DNA of 64,000 nt, taken from Carpediemonas membranifera BICM. Taxonomy: Eukaryota; Protista; Fornicata. The DNA lies in assembly GCA_019828565.1 (NCBI GenBank), contig JAHDYR010000033.1:91727-155726 (forward strand), in the 5' to 3' direction. The position numbers were made by a program, and so were the translations under genes. This document shows, piece after piece, positions 49,033 through 60,785 of the stretch. The notes beneath the pieces are model-generated. The model was not told the DNA's origin. It worked only from the letters and a program-made list of their open reading frames with translations, and did no database searches. Position 1 is the first letter of the stretch. Each line of letters starts with the position of its first letter.

Positions 49033-49958
49033 ATGGAAACGCCACTTCCGACATGGCTGACGATGAATTTATCGCAACACAAGGCCTATATTCAATATGT
49101 CAAGCTTTCAGACAAGTCTGAGCTCTTGCCGTCTGTCAGGGCCTTCTTCAACAGAGATCTGGCGACTTCGAACCTCGACTGTCTGAACTACTCATTCGTC
49201 ATGTATGTCAGACCCACTACACTTCTTGTTAACACAGTCTCATCGCAATTCGTGGGGTTGAGATGGACAACATCAAGGCTGCATGCCTTCTCTTCCGCGA
49301 GTCGTACAGGGAGGGGCAGACCCTGAGCGGACAACTGCACCAGGAGCGGTTTGTCATCGGCTTACGGACAGCCGTCTCCTGCAGAGGTCTTGGGTTCGCG
49401 AGGGTGCTTCTTAGCATAGCATCTGCCGAAGAACTCGTCCGACTGCAGTGCGACAAGCGACTCCAGGACATGTATGCGTCCTTTGGCCTCAAGGAGTCAT
49501 CGGACCCGTCGCAGGTCGAGCAGCTGGTGGACACGGGGGGCAACCCACTTGCCATTGTCACGATGGAGGGCACGATGGGTCCCAACAAGTGGACCAACCT
49601 CGGCAAGAGCCTGACAGAGTGCTGTGGGATGATAATGCAAGGCTCTACGTTGATCCGCGTGACCAACCATGGTAATAGACTTGATCAGCACGCTCATGGG
49701 ATGCCTGCTTCCGACAAGAGGAGTGTTGACTCGTTCGTGGAACGCACCCGTGTGTCCGTGCGCCGTGAACGTGCGGCAAAACGGCCTAACGTCACCCGAA
49801 TCAGGCAGAAGTTGATGATTATCCGCCATTACAACCTTCGTTCTTTCACGCTGGTCAAAGAGATCAAGGAAACGAGGACCGAGATGCGTAAGGAGAAGAA
49901 AGCCAACTTCTGGGACAGTGAATGGAATATTTCCGTTGAGGATGACGAAGAAGTGTAA
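49033..49958 (+). CDS. Hypothetical cargo protein (two frameshifted pieces)
   Basis: Overlapping ORFs 49033..49326 and 49263..49958 between AT-rich spacers. Confidence 0.5.
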
Positions 49959-49982
49959 ATGAAATGAAAATAAAACAAGAAT

Positions 49983-50744
49983 TTATAGCTCCTGTGCCGA
50001 ACACTCTAAGTAGTAATTCATGATGGCTTGGTATACCTTGCGACGCAGCACATCACGCGATTCAGCCTCAGCACGTTCCGCATTCCGCTTGGCAATGACA
50101 GAAGTGAGCTGACTGAGTGTCTTAGCCTCCTTCTTCAGAACTCTGGTGGGTCTGGCGAAGATGAGATCCGCGTCGCGGTCACGGCAAGGCTTGCTCAGGA
50201 CGAGCTTGACGTCATCGACCGTCACACCGCACGATGAAGCAGCGAAGGCATGGACCTTAGCCCGGTAGGCGATGGGAATGCGGTGAAAGGCATCATCCAT
50301 CTCGCGGACAGTCGCGATGAGTGGGTCGTCCGTGTCCAGCTCATCTGTCTGGGCGTCAAGACTGAGGAGAGCCTTGAAGCGGTGACGCTTGTCCTCATCA
50401 CCGCCTCCCTGCCACTTGCGGCTGATCTCTTCGACCGACTGGAGATTGCCGTAGAGCTTGTCCTTCTTCAAGGAGGCTACTTTCATCTTAGGGACCTCGG
50501 CGGCAAACTTCTGGCTGAAGTCGACAACCCATCCGTTTGCGCGGGTAATATCGTCATTATTAAGGAGGAAATTGCTGATAAAGGTCTGAACGATCTCGAT
50601 GGGCGTCTTGTGAGCTTTTCGGGCTGTTTTCGTGGACTTGTTGGACTTGCTCTGGCTCTTTTGCTGCGCTTTCTTGCCAAGAGCCATTCTCCTCTCCTTT
50701 TGAGCTTCAGTGGCCTGTATATTGCCTTGTTTACTTCTTGCCAT
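49983..50744 (-). CDS. Hypothetical cargo protein with basic N-terminus
   Basis: 253-aa ORF, Lys-rich N-terminus, AT-rich flanks. Confidence 0.6.
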   Translation of the reverse strand: MARSKQGNIQATEAQKERRMALGKKAQQKSQSKSNKSTKTARKAHKTPIEIVQTFISNFLLNNDDITRANGWVVDFSQKFAAEVPKMKVASLKKDKLYGNLQSVEEISRKWQGGGDEDKRHRFKALLSLDAQTDELDTDDPLIATVREMDDAFHRIPIAYRAKVHAFAASSCGVTVDDVKLVLSKPCRDRDADLIFARPTRVLKKEAKTLSQLTSVIAKRNAERAEAESRDVLRRKVYQAIMNYYLECSAQEL

Positions 50745-51472
50745 CGTTGTTTCCTTAAAATGCGTGTGAAAATGTGAAATGAACTGTGACTCTCGACATT
50801 GCTGCGCAGCTATGGTATTCCAACGGCACAGAACGGGTTTATAGCATGCATATGATCCATTCTGGTGCCTTTATCCTCTATAACCAACATCAGTCCATCA
50901 AAATGAATCTTGCAACAGAATACTCATCCACACGCATCGAGAACGAAAAAGAAGCATATAACCAACATCAACAACCTAATAGAAGGCTGCATGCAAGCGT
51001 AGAGCTCTCCTAGTCAATTCTTCATTTTCACCACCATCGATCTCCACGTCAGGATGAAACCGTGCGCCCAAAAGCTCAGAGATGCCGTTATAGATGATAT
51101 AACGACGTCTCTGAGCTTTTCAGCGATTTCAGTTTCTGGCCATGGATAAGCTACAAATCCTGTCAATGTTGTCCTCAGAGGACACTGAAAAATTTAATCT
51201 GTGTCCTCTGAGGACCAAATTGACAAAATCGAAAATGGAGCGAGGAGATGTCCATCGAAAAACGGCCAAAACAGCGCAGGTGCAGAATGAGCTGAAAATC
51301 GGCCAAGGGGTAGCTCTTGGGTCTTTATGGCTGATCGGAGGTATTTACATGACAGCTGGCAATATTTATTGAGATAAAACGTATTTCATTTTTCGAGAAA
51401 GTCTTCTGAGGACCAAATTGACAATGGTTAACGAAGACATCATCTCTCTCGGCAAACTGAAGGAGACAATGC

Positions 51473-53599
51473 TTGCTCCTGACGATTCTGGTATGTCACT
51501 TTCATTTTCACGGTCCTATTTACACAGATGATTCATTCCGTGCATACGACGCCCTTTCGTCCACAAAGAGCCGTATAACCTGGCTGCAAGATCACGGCAT
51601 CGTCTCTGATGACCCTCTGTTCTTCGTTTGCGTCCGTCTGATCAGCATTCGTACGATCAACGTTGTTTTCGGGTTCCCGTTGAAGCGCACTTTAAGCCAG
51701 CACGTTCACGACTATGGAGTTGCCAAACTACGCGCGATATGTGACGCAACTAACCGCAACTACCTCTGCGAGGTCGACTTTGACTCTCCCGACACAATTG
51801 AGGCATTCCGACGGAAGTTTTGTGACCACTTCACCGCCAAATCTGTTCATAAGGCTCTAGTCGGCGTCGACTCGCTCCCTGTTGAGAAGCAGGTTGAGAT
51901 TTACCGCGCATTCCACCTTGTGTTGCGCCACAAGGACTCGAAGAAACTCGATTCTCGTGTTCCGGCAGGCCAATTTGGCCAGTTTATCGCCCACGCCCAG
52001 CTCAGCAAGAAGCTGTCCTTCGCTGGCTCAGAGAAGCTGGCCGAGGAGTTGGCTAAGATCGGTTCGCTCGATCCGTCAGCTCCTCTGAAGAGGAAGATCG
52101 CTCGTCTTGAGAAGGAGCTCGCCTCATCGACTGCTGCTCTGATGAAGGTCCAAGAGGAGTTAGTCCGGGCCCAGGATCGCTCAGCAGCAGCCACCAAGCC
52201 TTCTTCCGTCGTTGCTGCCCCTCAGCCGCTTCCGGTTGTCGACGCAGAGTCCACGACACACGATGAATTTTCCGACACTGACGAGTCCGAGTCCGATGGC
52301 CACTCTGAACCGGCCGCCATGCAGGGTGACGGCGTTCCTTTGCCACAGTCTGATCAAGACGTCGACGTAGAGTCCGATGTGGACGACACAGACACCGTTG
52401 GTTCTCTCCTTCAGCAGCTAGACGACACCATTGCAGGCCTTGATGATGTCCCTGAGTCTGTGCGCTTGTTGGAGCAGTACGAGCCCTTGATAAAACGGCT
52501 TGCTGAGGAGAGGGAGGCGAGGGAGGCGCTTGAACAGGCTAACAGAGAGTCTGAGGAGTCCCAGAAGAGACTTGAAGCTGAGTTAGGTCAGCAGAAGGCC
52601 GAGGATCAGGCGATCCATCAGTTTACTCAAGCAGAGTTGGCACGGGCGAGTGAGGCTGGGCTTGAAGCGCTCGCCGATGAACTCGAGGACAACTGGGCTG
52701 AGCTTGTCAGGCGCGCCGAGGAGGCAACAGTGGAGCTTGACCGCTACGTTCCTCTCGCTGCCTTGATGGTACTGTTCCAGAGGAACAATGTGACTGGAGC
52801 CTTATGGACTCGGATCAATAGCACCATGATGAGGTACGGGGGCCAGAAGTTCATAACGGTCCCACCCCTCGACCTCGGTCTGTCGCCAGAGATGAAGGCT
52901 ATCATCAAACAGCACTCTCCGACGCCTGCCAATGTTCCCCCTATGCAGATATACTTACGGAGCGACGTTGATAGGCAGAAGTACATCGACGTGGAGTACG
53001 ACAAGGTAGGCGAGCGAGTTCTCAAAGATCGTAAGAGTTGGCGGAAGATTGCAGTCAACCCGGATGGATTGTGCATCGGCTACTGCCTGCAGAAGGTTGA
53101 GAATGGCGAGTTCGACAAGAAGTTTGCGGCAGAGGAAGTGGCAGCAGTGAGGGAGGAGGTGCGCGCCTGGGGATTCTCCGATGCTGGCGAGAGGCTGAGG
53201 CTTGAGACGTCTAACGTGTTCGTGCCCACCCTGATGTTCGACGATGCCACTGATTGGTACAGCAACTTTGGTGTCATGGCCTGGTCAGCTCTGAAGAGCA
53301 AGACTGTAGTCGTTATCTGGGTCAAGATGTTGACGTACCATGACAAGTATATTGTGCGGATGCATTTGACGGAAGTTTATGAGTCCGGCATGGTCCGGCG
53401 TGGATCTGATGAAGATGTGGCTGCGGCGCAAGCTATTGTGGTCGTCAAGGATGAGCATGCGACGCTATTTGTCCGCAAACGTTCAAAGGGTGGTAAGAGA
53501 AAGGCTCATACGACTTATATCAAGCGCAAGGCAGTCGATAAGGATCGCGAAAAGAGAGTTGTTGATGCCGAGGACGTTAAGCGTGGAGTTCCCGAGTAA
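51473..53599 (+). CDS. Hypothetical coiled-coil/acidic cargo protein (true start uncertain)
   Basis: 708-aa ORF with heptad and D/E-rich segments. Confidence 0.65.
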   Translation: MLLTILVCHFHFHGPIYTDDSFRAYDALSSTKSRITWLQDHGIVSDDPLFFVCVRLISIRTINVVFGFPLKRTLSQHVHDYGVAKLRAICDATNRNYLCEVDFDSPDTIEAFRRKFCDHFTAKSVHKALVGVDSLPVEKQVEIYRAFHLVLRHKDSKKLDSRVPAGQFGQFIAHAQLSKKLSFAGSEKLAEELAKIGSLDPSAPLKRKIARLEKELASSTAALMKVQEELVRAQDRSAAATKPSSVVAAPQPLPVVDAESTTHDEFSDTDESESDGHSEPAAMQGDGVPLPQSDQDVDVESDVDDTDTVGSLLQQLDDTIAGLDDVPESVRLLEQYEPLIKRLAEEREAREALEQANRESEESQKRLEAELGQQKAEDQAIHQFTQAELARASEAGLEALADELEDNWAELVRRAEEATVELDRYVPLAALMVLFQRNNVTGALWTRINSTMMRYGGQKFITVPPLDLGLSPEMKAIIKQHSPTPANVPPMQIYLRSDVDRQKYIDVEYDKVGERVLKDRKSWRKIAVNPDGLCIGYCLQKVENGEFDKKFAAEEVAAVREEVRAWGFSDAGERLRLETSNVFVPTLMFDDATDWYSNFGVMAWSALKSKTVVVIWVKMLTYHDKYIVRMHLTEVYESGMVRRGSDEDVAAAQAIVVVKDEHATLFVRKRSKGGKRKAHTTYIKRKAVDKDREKRVVDAEDVKRGVPE

Positions 53600-53624
53600 A
53601 AAAGAGATGTTTTGACATTTTAAT

Positions 53625-54435
53625 TCATTTCTTCCGCTTCTTGAGTGCCGGATACTGCTCCAGGAACCTTGTGAGATAGTTCGGATGAGAAATGGGCAGA
53701 CTCGGGAACCTAGCAATGGTTAAGACCTCACCCGCATCAAAGAAGATCTCGCCGTAACTGATACGAAGAAACTCTTCGGCCTGAATGACGTTCGTCGACT
53801 CAACCGCAAGGACTGGAAGGTCCTTGAGCAAACGGTTGGTGAACTGGCAGTTGGTGTCACTCTCACTGTGGTTGATGAGGTGTACACCAATGCCTTCACC
53901 TTCGCCGGCGTCGACGTGAAGGTTGCTAGCGTCGAATGAAATGCTGTGTAAAGGCATAATGAACAATGAACAAACACCATGTTGCTGTTATTCGCGTGGT
54001 AGTCCTCGTCGGACACAATCCTACCGGCGTAAATGCCGAGGAGCTTTCCGGGCTCAATTGCGGCAGTTGCAATGAGGCCTCTACCCACGTCCGTGTGGTC
54101 GGGGAGCCAGACAAGGCTGCACCTCAACGGCAATGGAGGGGTGGGTCAGCCGGGTGGATAACCAACTCGGGGGTTCGAGGGGAGGAAGGTCCTTCTCGGC
54201 CTCCTTAAGCTCCCCTGATCGACTCCTCGGGAGTGTTTGGGTAGATCGCGGCGACCAGATCCGGATGCAGTGCCTGAGTATGCACAACGGATTCAATGAT
54301 GGAATCTTCGCTTGAGGAATCCTCCTGAGAATCATTTGAAGGCGCAGACGGCGGCGTCTTGCCCGCAGTGGACGTAATGGGTATTCTGATACCCCCAGGC
54401 TGCGGCTTTGGTGGGAGCGCCTTTCTTCTCGCCAT
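53625..54435 (-). CDS. SET-domain lysine methyltransferase-like protein (frameshifted)
   Basis: GRGLIATAAIEPG..GIYAGRIV, VDA, LINHS, LRISYG..FF across ORFs 53720..54133 and 53625..53966. Confidence 0.75.
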
Positions 54436-54621
54436 CTGATTTTTTTTTGCAAACGGACACGCGGTATTTCTCGGGATTGATGGGGCCGTCTCACACCGTA
54501 AAGGACACACATACAATATCTTATCTGTAACACCAGAATGCTTGCTTATTGTGGTCCATATCCTTCCCTATAGCTGGTTCGGCCAACTACCAGTGTTGGA
54601 AAAAAAAGTGGTAGTTGCCAA

Positions 54622-55647
54622 ATGGAGAGGAAATTTGGCAAATTCGGTACCAGACGCATCAGCGACCATCCTCTCACGTATGAATGCGTCTGTGGAATCA
54701 CTAGGCCGCGTTCTGACCTTCGCAACCAGGGCCTGAAGGAATATGACGGAATCAGGTACACGCATGACTGCCCCTTCACCCTGAGCAAGCTTGTGAACCG
54801 CCGCATCGTTATCCTGCTCGAGCCAGTCCATGGCTTCGAAGCACCTACTTGTGCGAACCCGGTCTTCACTGTCACCGGGCTTGCTGGCTCCGAGGGGTAC
54901 CACAAGCGCATGAAGGCCATCCTCGATCTCGTCAGCGACGAGTGGCTCACCACGGTTGCCGTCAGTTTCGTCTCGACGACCCACCTCGGCTCCATACTGC
55001 AACAGTTGGCTGCAGAATTCGCCAATTTCGAGACATTCTGGGTTGTTTCTGGCCACAGCGAGACCACAACGTCGAGAATGATCGTTAATGCGAGCGCTAA
55101 CGAGTTCCTGTACCTTCACGATATCGTACAGATGATCCTCTTCGCTTTCCGTGAGCCATCCCTCGTCACCACCAGCCGGGTTCGGCTCATCTACTTCGCC
55201 ACCTGTACCGGAGCGGACAATAGCGAGTTCTCTCTGCTTAAGCAGTCCATTTCGACCCAGGCATACGAGCATACGTGCATCATTCTCACTCCGGAGAAAA
55301 TGCTTGCCAACGAACTCGTCCTGCAGGACTGCTTTTGGCTCTACCGCACTACATGCATGGACAACCCGCTCCACTTCGTCTCGCGTTACTTCTCCGGCTA
55401 TGGGCTCGCACCTGGCACAGCAGGGAGACGGGTTATCGCGAATGGATCAATGTCCATAACCCCGGGCGCGATTGAGATCCTCACAGCCACTCAGTTCCGC
55501 ACGCCAATCCCTCTTCCCGAGATGGTCGACCTTGTTTCTGAGGTACTTGCATATAGACCACTGCAGAGATCTCCGGCGGATGTTATGGCCTCGCGCTACA
55601 TTACTGAGATGACAGTTGCGCACAGAGCGGCACTGGAAGACACTTAA
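54622..55647 (+). CDS. Hypothetical protein with caspase/CHAT-like His-Cys motifs
   Basis: FWVVSGHS and RLIYFATCTGA. Confidence 0.45.
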   Translation: MERKFGKFGTRRISDHPLTYECVCGITRPRSDLRNQGLKEYDGIRYTHDCPFTLSKLVNRRIVILLEPVHGFEAPTCANPVFTVTGLAGSEGYHKRMKAILDLVSDEWLTTVAVSFVSTTHLGSILQQLAAEFANFETFWVVSGHSETTTSRMIVNASANEFLYLHDIVQMILFAFREPSLVTTSRVRLIYFATCTGADNSEFSLLKQSISTQAYEHTCIILTPEKMLANELVLQDCFWLYRTTCMDNPLHFVSRYFSGYGLAPGTAGRRVIANGSMSITPGAIEILTATQFRTPIPLPEMVDLVSEVLAYRPLQRSPADVMASRYITEMTVAHRAALEDT

Positions 55648-55670
55648 AGTTCAAAATCTCCCTATTTATC

Positions 55671-56891
55671 TTACTCAATTGGCTTCATATCCGCCACCTT
55701 CTGGTAGACAGTCATACACTGGTCGCAGAACCTGACACGATAGTCCTGGCCGTCGAGATGGAACTCAGCATAGCTGAAGTGTTTCTCTTCGCAGAACCAG
55801 TTTAGGCACGCCCGGCAGACGCCAGTGTCCTTTGTCGACTTGTCTCCGTCCTTGATACACGCGTGACATCTGTTAGACCTTCCTGCCAGACTGCAAGCTG
55901 CGCAAACCTTTCTGTTCTTACCATCAATCCTCTTCTCTCTGACACACTGAAGATGCATGAACTGATGGCAGAGATAGCACGTTTCATACTCGTTTCTTTT
56001 CATGTTTGGGTTGAAGTACCATTCAGGTGAGGCACAAACAGCGCATGCGAACAGTAACTTACGCTGATATAGCTTCAGAAACGTCGCTTGCTTGAGGGCG
56101 GGGACCTTATCGTTCATTTCAACGGCCTTGGGTGACTGCTTGAGGAGATCAGTGACAGTTGTGGAGAGTGAAGCCGTCACCATCGCGGCAACCTCCTTCA
56201 AGTCAGCCTCTTCGAGCCTCGATCGCTTCTGAGCAGGCTCATGCATCTGCGCATCAAAATTAAGCTTCTTGACGGGGGAATCAGGCTTGATGGTAGCCAA
56301 GTCAGCTCTTTTTCTGAGCTTTGGTACCAATGTTGTCACTGGAGTCTTTGTGGGTGTCTCTGCGGGTGTTTCTGCTGGGGTACGTGGCTCAGGCTGGAGC
56401 TTGCGATGCTTGATCCTGATTACAACGGCTGGAGGCCATTGAATGCCGGTGCAAGTGATCAGACTGGAGACATCGTGGAGTCCAAGTCCCCGAAACAGCA
56501 CAGACATCCTGTTTCTAAACTCCTGCAAGTGTTCAGCTGCATTTGCTCTGTCTCTGACAACCAGGTAGGGTATCTTTGTGCCAATGAGCTCTGTGCCACC
56601 CTTTCTACTTGCCACAAATGCCTGAATGGGCTCAGTAGTCGTGCGCCTGACGGAGTTTGCAATAGCAATCTTGCGAAAGCCGTTGCAGAGGCCCGATATC
56701 ACATCCTGCATGCCAAGGAGAGCGCGATGAACGTCAGAGGTCGTCAGACCGATAGTTGGGATGTCCGCGACGTCGAAAAAGCATTCCAGGAAGCTAGTCA
56801 CGAACAGCCGGCGGTACTCTGTTCTCTTATCCGATCCGCAAGACGTGCCCTGCGAAATCTCAGCTTTCTTCGCAGTTTCACTGGTCGTCAT
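55671..56891 (-). CDS. PHD-like/Cys-rich zinc-finger protein
   Basis: CAVC...TCYLCHQFMHLQC...CAAC plus second Cys cluster. Confidence 0.7.
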   Translation of the reverse strand: MTTSETAKKAEISQGTSCGSDKRTEYRRLFVTSFLECFFDVADIPTIGLTTSDVHRALLGMQDVISGLCNGFRKIAIANSVRRTTTEPIQAFVASRKGGTELIGTKIPYLVVRDRANAAEHLQEFRNRMSVLFRGLGLHDVSSLITCTGIQWPPAVVIRIKHRKLQPEPRTPAETPAETPTKTPVTTLVPKLRKRADLATIKPDSPVKKLNFDAQMHEPAQKRSRLEEADLKEVAAMVTASLSTTVTDLLKQSPKAVEMNDKVPALKQATFLKLYQRKLLFACAVCASPEWYFNPNMKRNEYETCYLCHQFMHLQCVREKRIDGKNRKVCAACSLAGRSNRCHACIKDGDKSTKDTGVCRACLNWFCEEKHFSYAEFHLDGQDYRVRFCDQCMTVYQKVADMKPIE

Positions 56892-57413
56892 ATTCTCATC
56901 TTAAACTGCGCAGGTGTTGACGACAATGTTCCGGTTATCCACGAACGAAAGGCTTAATCATATGACCAGTTGCCTCCATGAAGTCGGCAAGATACAAGAT
57001 TCTGTTCGAGAAATACGAAATCACATCACTGGGCTGAATTGCGAGGGTTTGGTGAATGAGAGGCTGAATGACACACAACACGTTCTGGAAGAGATAGGAG
57101 ATATGTTTATAGATGTAATACAGCAACTTAAAGACCACTAACTCGTTATTATCACTTTGAATAAGCAATGAATGGTTATGCAACATCAGCACCTACCTAC
57201 GAATCACAAGAATGCCCCTAGCACGTCGTATGCAAGCAAAAATGAGACTTACCCGTACCTTCCGCACGTTTCTCTACGTTTCACCAACGTTGGTGAAACG
57301 TGTGAAATAGTGAAAAAGATACGGGTGAATCTCATTTTTTCTTGCAGTTTCTTGTGCAAAAGGGTGTTTATCCTCCGTATATCCCCGGATTAACTGGCCA
57401 TTCTAACAGTATG

Positions 57414-60400
57414 CATTGTCGCTCGGTCGGAGGATTCTAGCGACTGTGGAGCTGGGGTCGAGTTGGTCTCCATACAGCATGGCGTGGGGTGTGACCCCAG
57501 TGGCGCTGCAGGTGGTTGTGTTCAGCAGCAGCTGAACTACCGGAAGGAGGTCGCTCCAACGGGAGAACTTGTCGAATTGGAGGATCAAACAGCGAAGATG
57601 CTTCATGACCTCCGCGTTACGACGCTCTACCAGCCCATTCGACTGAGGGTGGTAGGGGAGGGTGAATTGCTGGGTGATGTCCGCGCTTTCGAGCAGGGCC
57701 TTGACGACGTTGCCGGTGAACTCAGGCCCGTTGTCGGACTTGATGAACAGGGGAGTCCCATGACGGGTAATCACCTGGCGCCAGAGGGCCTCTGACGCTG
57801 CATCAGCTGTGTTCTCGTCCGTCGCGGCCAACTCAGTGTAGCGAGTAAACATATCGACCATAACTGTGATGTATCTGGAGCCGACTGCGTCTGCCGGGAT
57901 TGGACCAATAGTATCCACTGCGACAGTGTGGAACGGTTTGTACACTGCTGTTGTGCGGAGCTCTGCCTCGGCGAAGTTGCGTAGGCGAGCTTTCTGGCAC
58001 TCGTCACATGAGGCGATGAACTCCTCGACATCTGCTGTGCAGCCTGTCCAGGTATAGCCGTCTGCTCTCAGGCGTTCGATGGTAGCCTTGGCGCCGTGGT
58101 GTCCTCTGTGGGCGATCTGTATCAGCTCCTTTCGGAGGGGTCTGCACACGGTTGAAGTAGGGATGACGACGAGGCCGTCCTTGCGGCGAAGACCGTCGCT
58201 GTCTACGGTCAGCTTGGAGACGGTAGAGTCGTCTGTCTGGTGTTTGATGAGTGTGTCATGGTAGCGGGAGTCAGTCGTGATGGCTGCGACAGTGGGCGAG
58301 GTCGAGTGACCGCAGCGGCTCAGCGCGTCTGCGACTGCGTTCTGTAGGCCGGGAACGTGCTCGACATCGAACTTGTAGTCTGCTAATGTCAGTCTCCACC
58401 GGTTGATCTTGTCGTTCTCGGATGACTTGGCGATCATGTAAATAAGATTACGGTGGTCGGTCCGTAGGAGGAACCTCTTCAGGCGTAGGAGGGGTGACAG
58501 GGTCGGGTGTGTAAGGCAAAAGACAATGGCAAATAGCTCCTGCTCACACGTGGCCCAGCGCGACTGGGTTGACGTGAATGTGTGAGAGAAGTAGGCGAGG
58601 ACCTGTGTCTTGTCGTCCTTTGTCTGCCATAGTACGCCGCCAGTTGCAAAGGCCGAACGGCATCCTGAGGAATTCCTCGTAGACGCCCGGGGCGGTGAAG
58701 GCCGTCTTAGGCACGTCGTCTGGGTGCATGGCCACCTGCCAGTAGCCCGACGTCAGGTCTAGCGTCGCAAAGCGTGTGCAGCCCGACGCGAGGTTGAGGA
58801 GTTCTCGCATGTTGGGGATCGGGTGCCGGTCGGGTACTGTCCAAGAGTTGAGGCGGCCGTAGTCGATACAGAGACGGTAGGCGTCGCCCTTTGCGACCAG
58901 GACGATGGGGCTTGCGTAAGGCCCCTCAGAGGGCTGTGTGATCTCGTCCTGGCGCAGGCGCTCGACGTATGGCAACAGCCACTCCAGCTTCTTCGGGTGT
59001 AGGTTGCGCGGGCGAAGACGGATCGGAGGGGCGTTGTCGTAAAGCGGGATGCGCATAGGGGCAAACGAGCACGGCTGTTTGCTTATGACGGGGTCGAATA
59101 GGTGATCGAACCGACGGAGGATCGAATGTAGCTCGTCGGTCTGGGCCTTGGTGGAGAGCTCGTGTATCTCACACGCGTCGGTGTGAAACTCGCTTGAGGA
59201 GACGGCCTCGACGGGGGCGTCGAGGTACTTGTGGAGTGGGAGGCCATCGGTGGCGTCCTCCGGGCGTGAATCCGGAAGAAGTGGGATGTGGAGGCCACTC
59301 TCGGAGAGATAACCGAGCGCGCGAAGCACGTCGCATCCAATGAGCACACGTTCAGTGGCGCGCGTCATGATGTAGAGGATGAGATCGACGATGACGTTTC
59401 CAGATGTGCTGGGCAACGTGATCCGCGCTTGGACGTAGTGAGTGATGAGGATGGGCTCATTGGTAACGGACTGAACAGTAAATGGCTTTTCAAGCTCATG
59501 TGTGACGAGTTGGAGCGTCTTAACGGAGGTTGTGGAGATGATCGTGATTGCGGAGCCGCTATCGATCAATATCACCTGTTCTTGGTCATTCACAGCTCCC
59601 TTAACTGAGAATGCAGTTGAAGCGGCAACTTCTTCGATAAAGGCATCATCACAAGCATTGTGTGCGACTTCGACTTCGTGGACTCCTGGACGAGAGTTGA
59701 TCAGCTTGGATCTGTCCCGGAGCACCATGTTCCCAGCGCGTCTCTCGTCGGGGCGAGGCTGTGGCTGCTGGGATGACTGTTGCTGCTGCTTCTGAGCAGC
59801 TGGTGCCGGCTGTGGCTGAGCCGGTTTGTTGGCCGCTTGGGGCTGGCGTTGCGGCTGAGGTGCCGGTCTGGCGTCGCGGGCCGCGGCGGGGTGGCCTTTG
59901 GTAGCCTGGGGCTGTCCGGGCGTGCTGCCGCGGTGCGGGCAATCAGCCTTCCAGTGCATGCCTCCACACGAGCACGCGTATGGAGGAGGGCGCCGGCGCT
60001 CGCGGCGGGATCTGGTGTTGGCGTTCTGGCTATGTTTCGGGCCAGTGCTGGAGCTCGTGATGGAGCTCGTGCTGGAGGATGTGATGGATATGTCTTGAAT
60101 CACGCTTCCGAGGACTTCGCGGGCGTCAATGGCGTGCAGTATGAGCTCGCGCGTGTGCACAAATAAGCTATCGATGTCCCGGGCGCCAGAGAGGTCCCAC
60201 TTTTGCTGAATACGGTTGGCAAGTGAGACCGGGCGAAGGGCGGCGATAAAAGCTTTGGCGATGATCTTATCGAGTCCGCGGGTGGGGCTGGCTTTTCTCG
60301 GGGTGTCCTGCTCACTCGGCGTGCTGTCTGGCTTCTGGGTGATGACCTTGCTGAGGGCGGCCTCGTCTTCATCCACCTCGGCGGGCTCGGGCTCTGGCTT

Positions 60401-60778
60401 GGCGCCGAGCTCGGCGTTGAGAAGGGCATGGGCGTGGGAGCGCAGCTCCTCGGTCTCAGCCATGAGACGAGATACGGCCTCGATCGTGGACTTGGTTCGG
60501 TCCTGCGTGAGGGCCCGGATTTCTTGGATGGTTTTCTCAAGGGTTCTCGGGAAAGAAAGAGCGGTGATTTCGGCGAGAAGTTCTGCGTCGTTGAGTGCTT
60601 CGACGTCGACGTTGCGGACAAATCGGACATGACTGACTTGATCCTCGGTGAGGCACTCGTAAGCCGTTATGACGGTTGTGGTAGGAGCATGCTTCTGCGC
60701 GAACGTGAGGGCGCGTTTGAACGCGCGAACGGACTCTCTAGAGAAGTCCGATAGTGATGGCGGAATCCAATTATTCAT
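57414..60778 (-). pseudogene. gag-pol: E7 gag-pol with deletion of the RT catalytic half
   Basis: CSCGGMHWKADC, IDSGS; PFGLCN joins directly to RNase H TGGVLWQ near 58643; integrase 57414-58437. Confidence 0.85.
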
Positions 60779-60785
60779 TTCGGAA

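Larger units (their letters stand above)
45287..57413 (+). mobile_element. 12.1-kb TIR DNA transposon with cargo genes
   Basis: Perfect 48-bp TIRs CATACTGTTAGAATGGCC...GGATAAAC (45287-45334/57366-57413); flanked by CA/CA; removal restores the E7 integrase frame. Confidence 0.92.

Noticed and set aside
45287-57413. Polinton/Maverick or endogenous virus interpretation
   Set aside because: No protein-primed polymerase, capsid, packaging ATPase, rve integrase or 6-bp TSD was recognisable.
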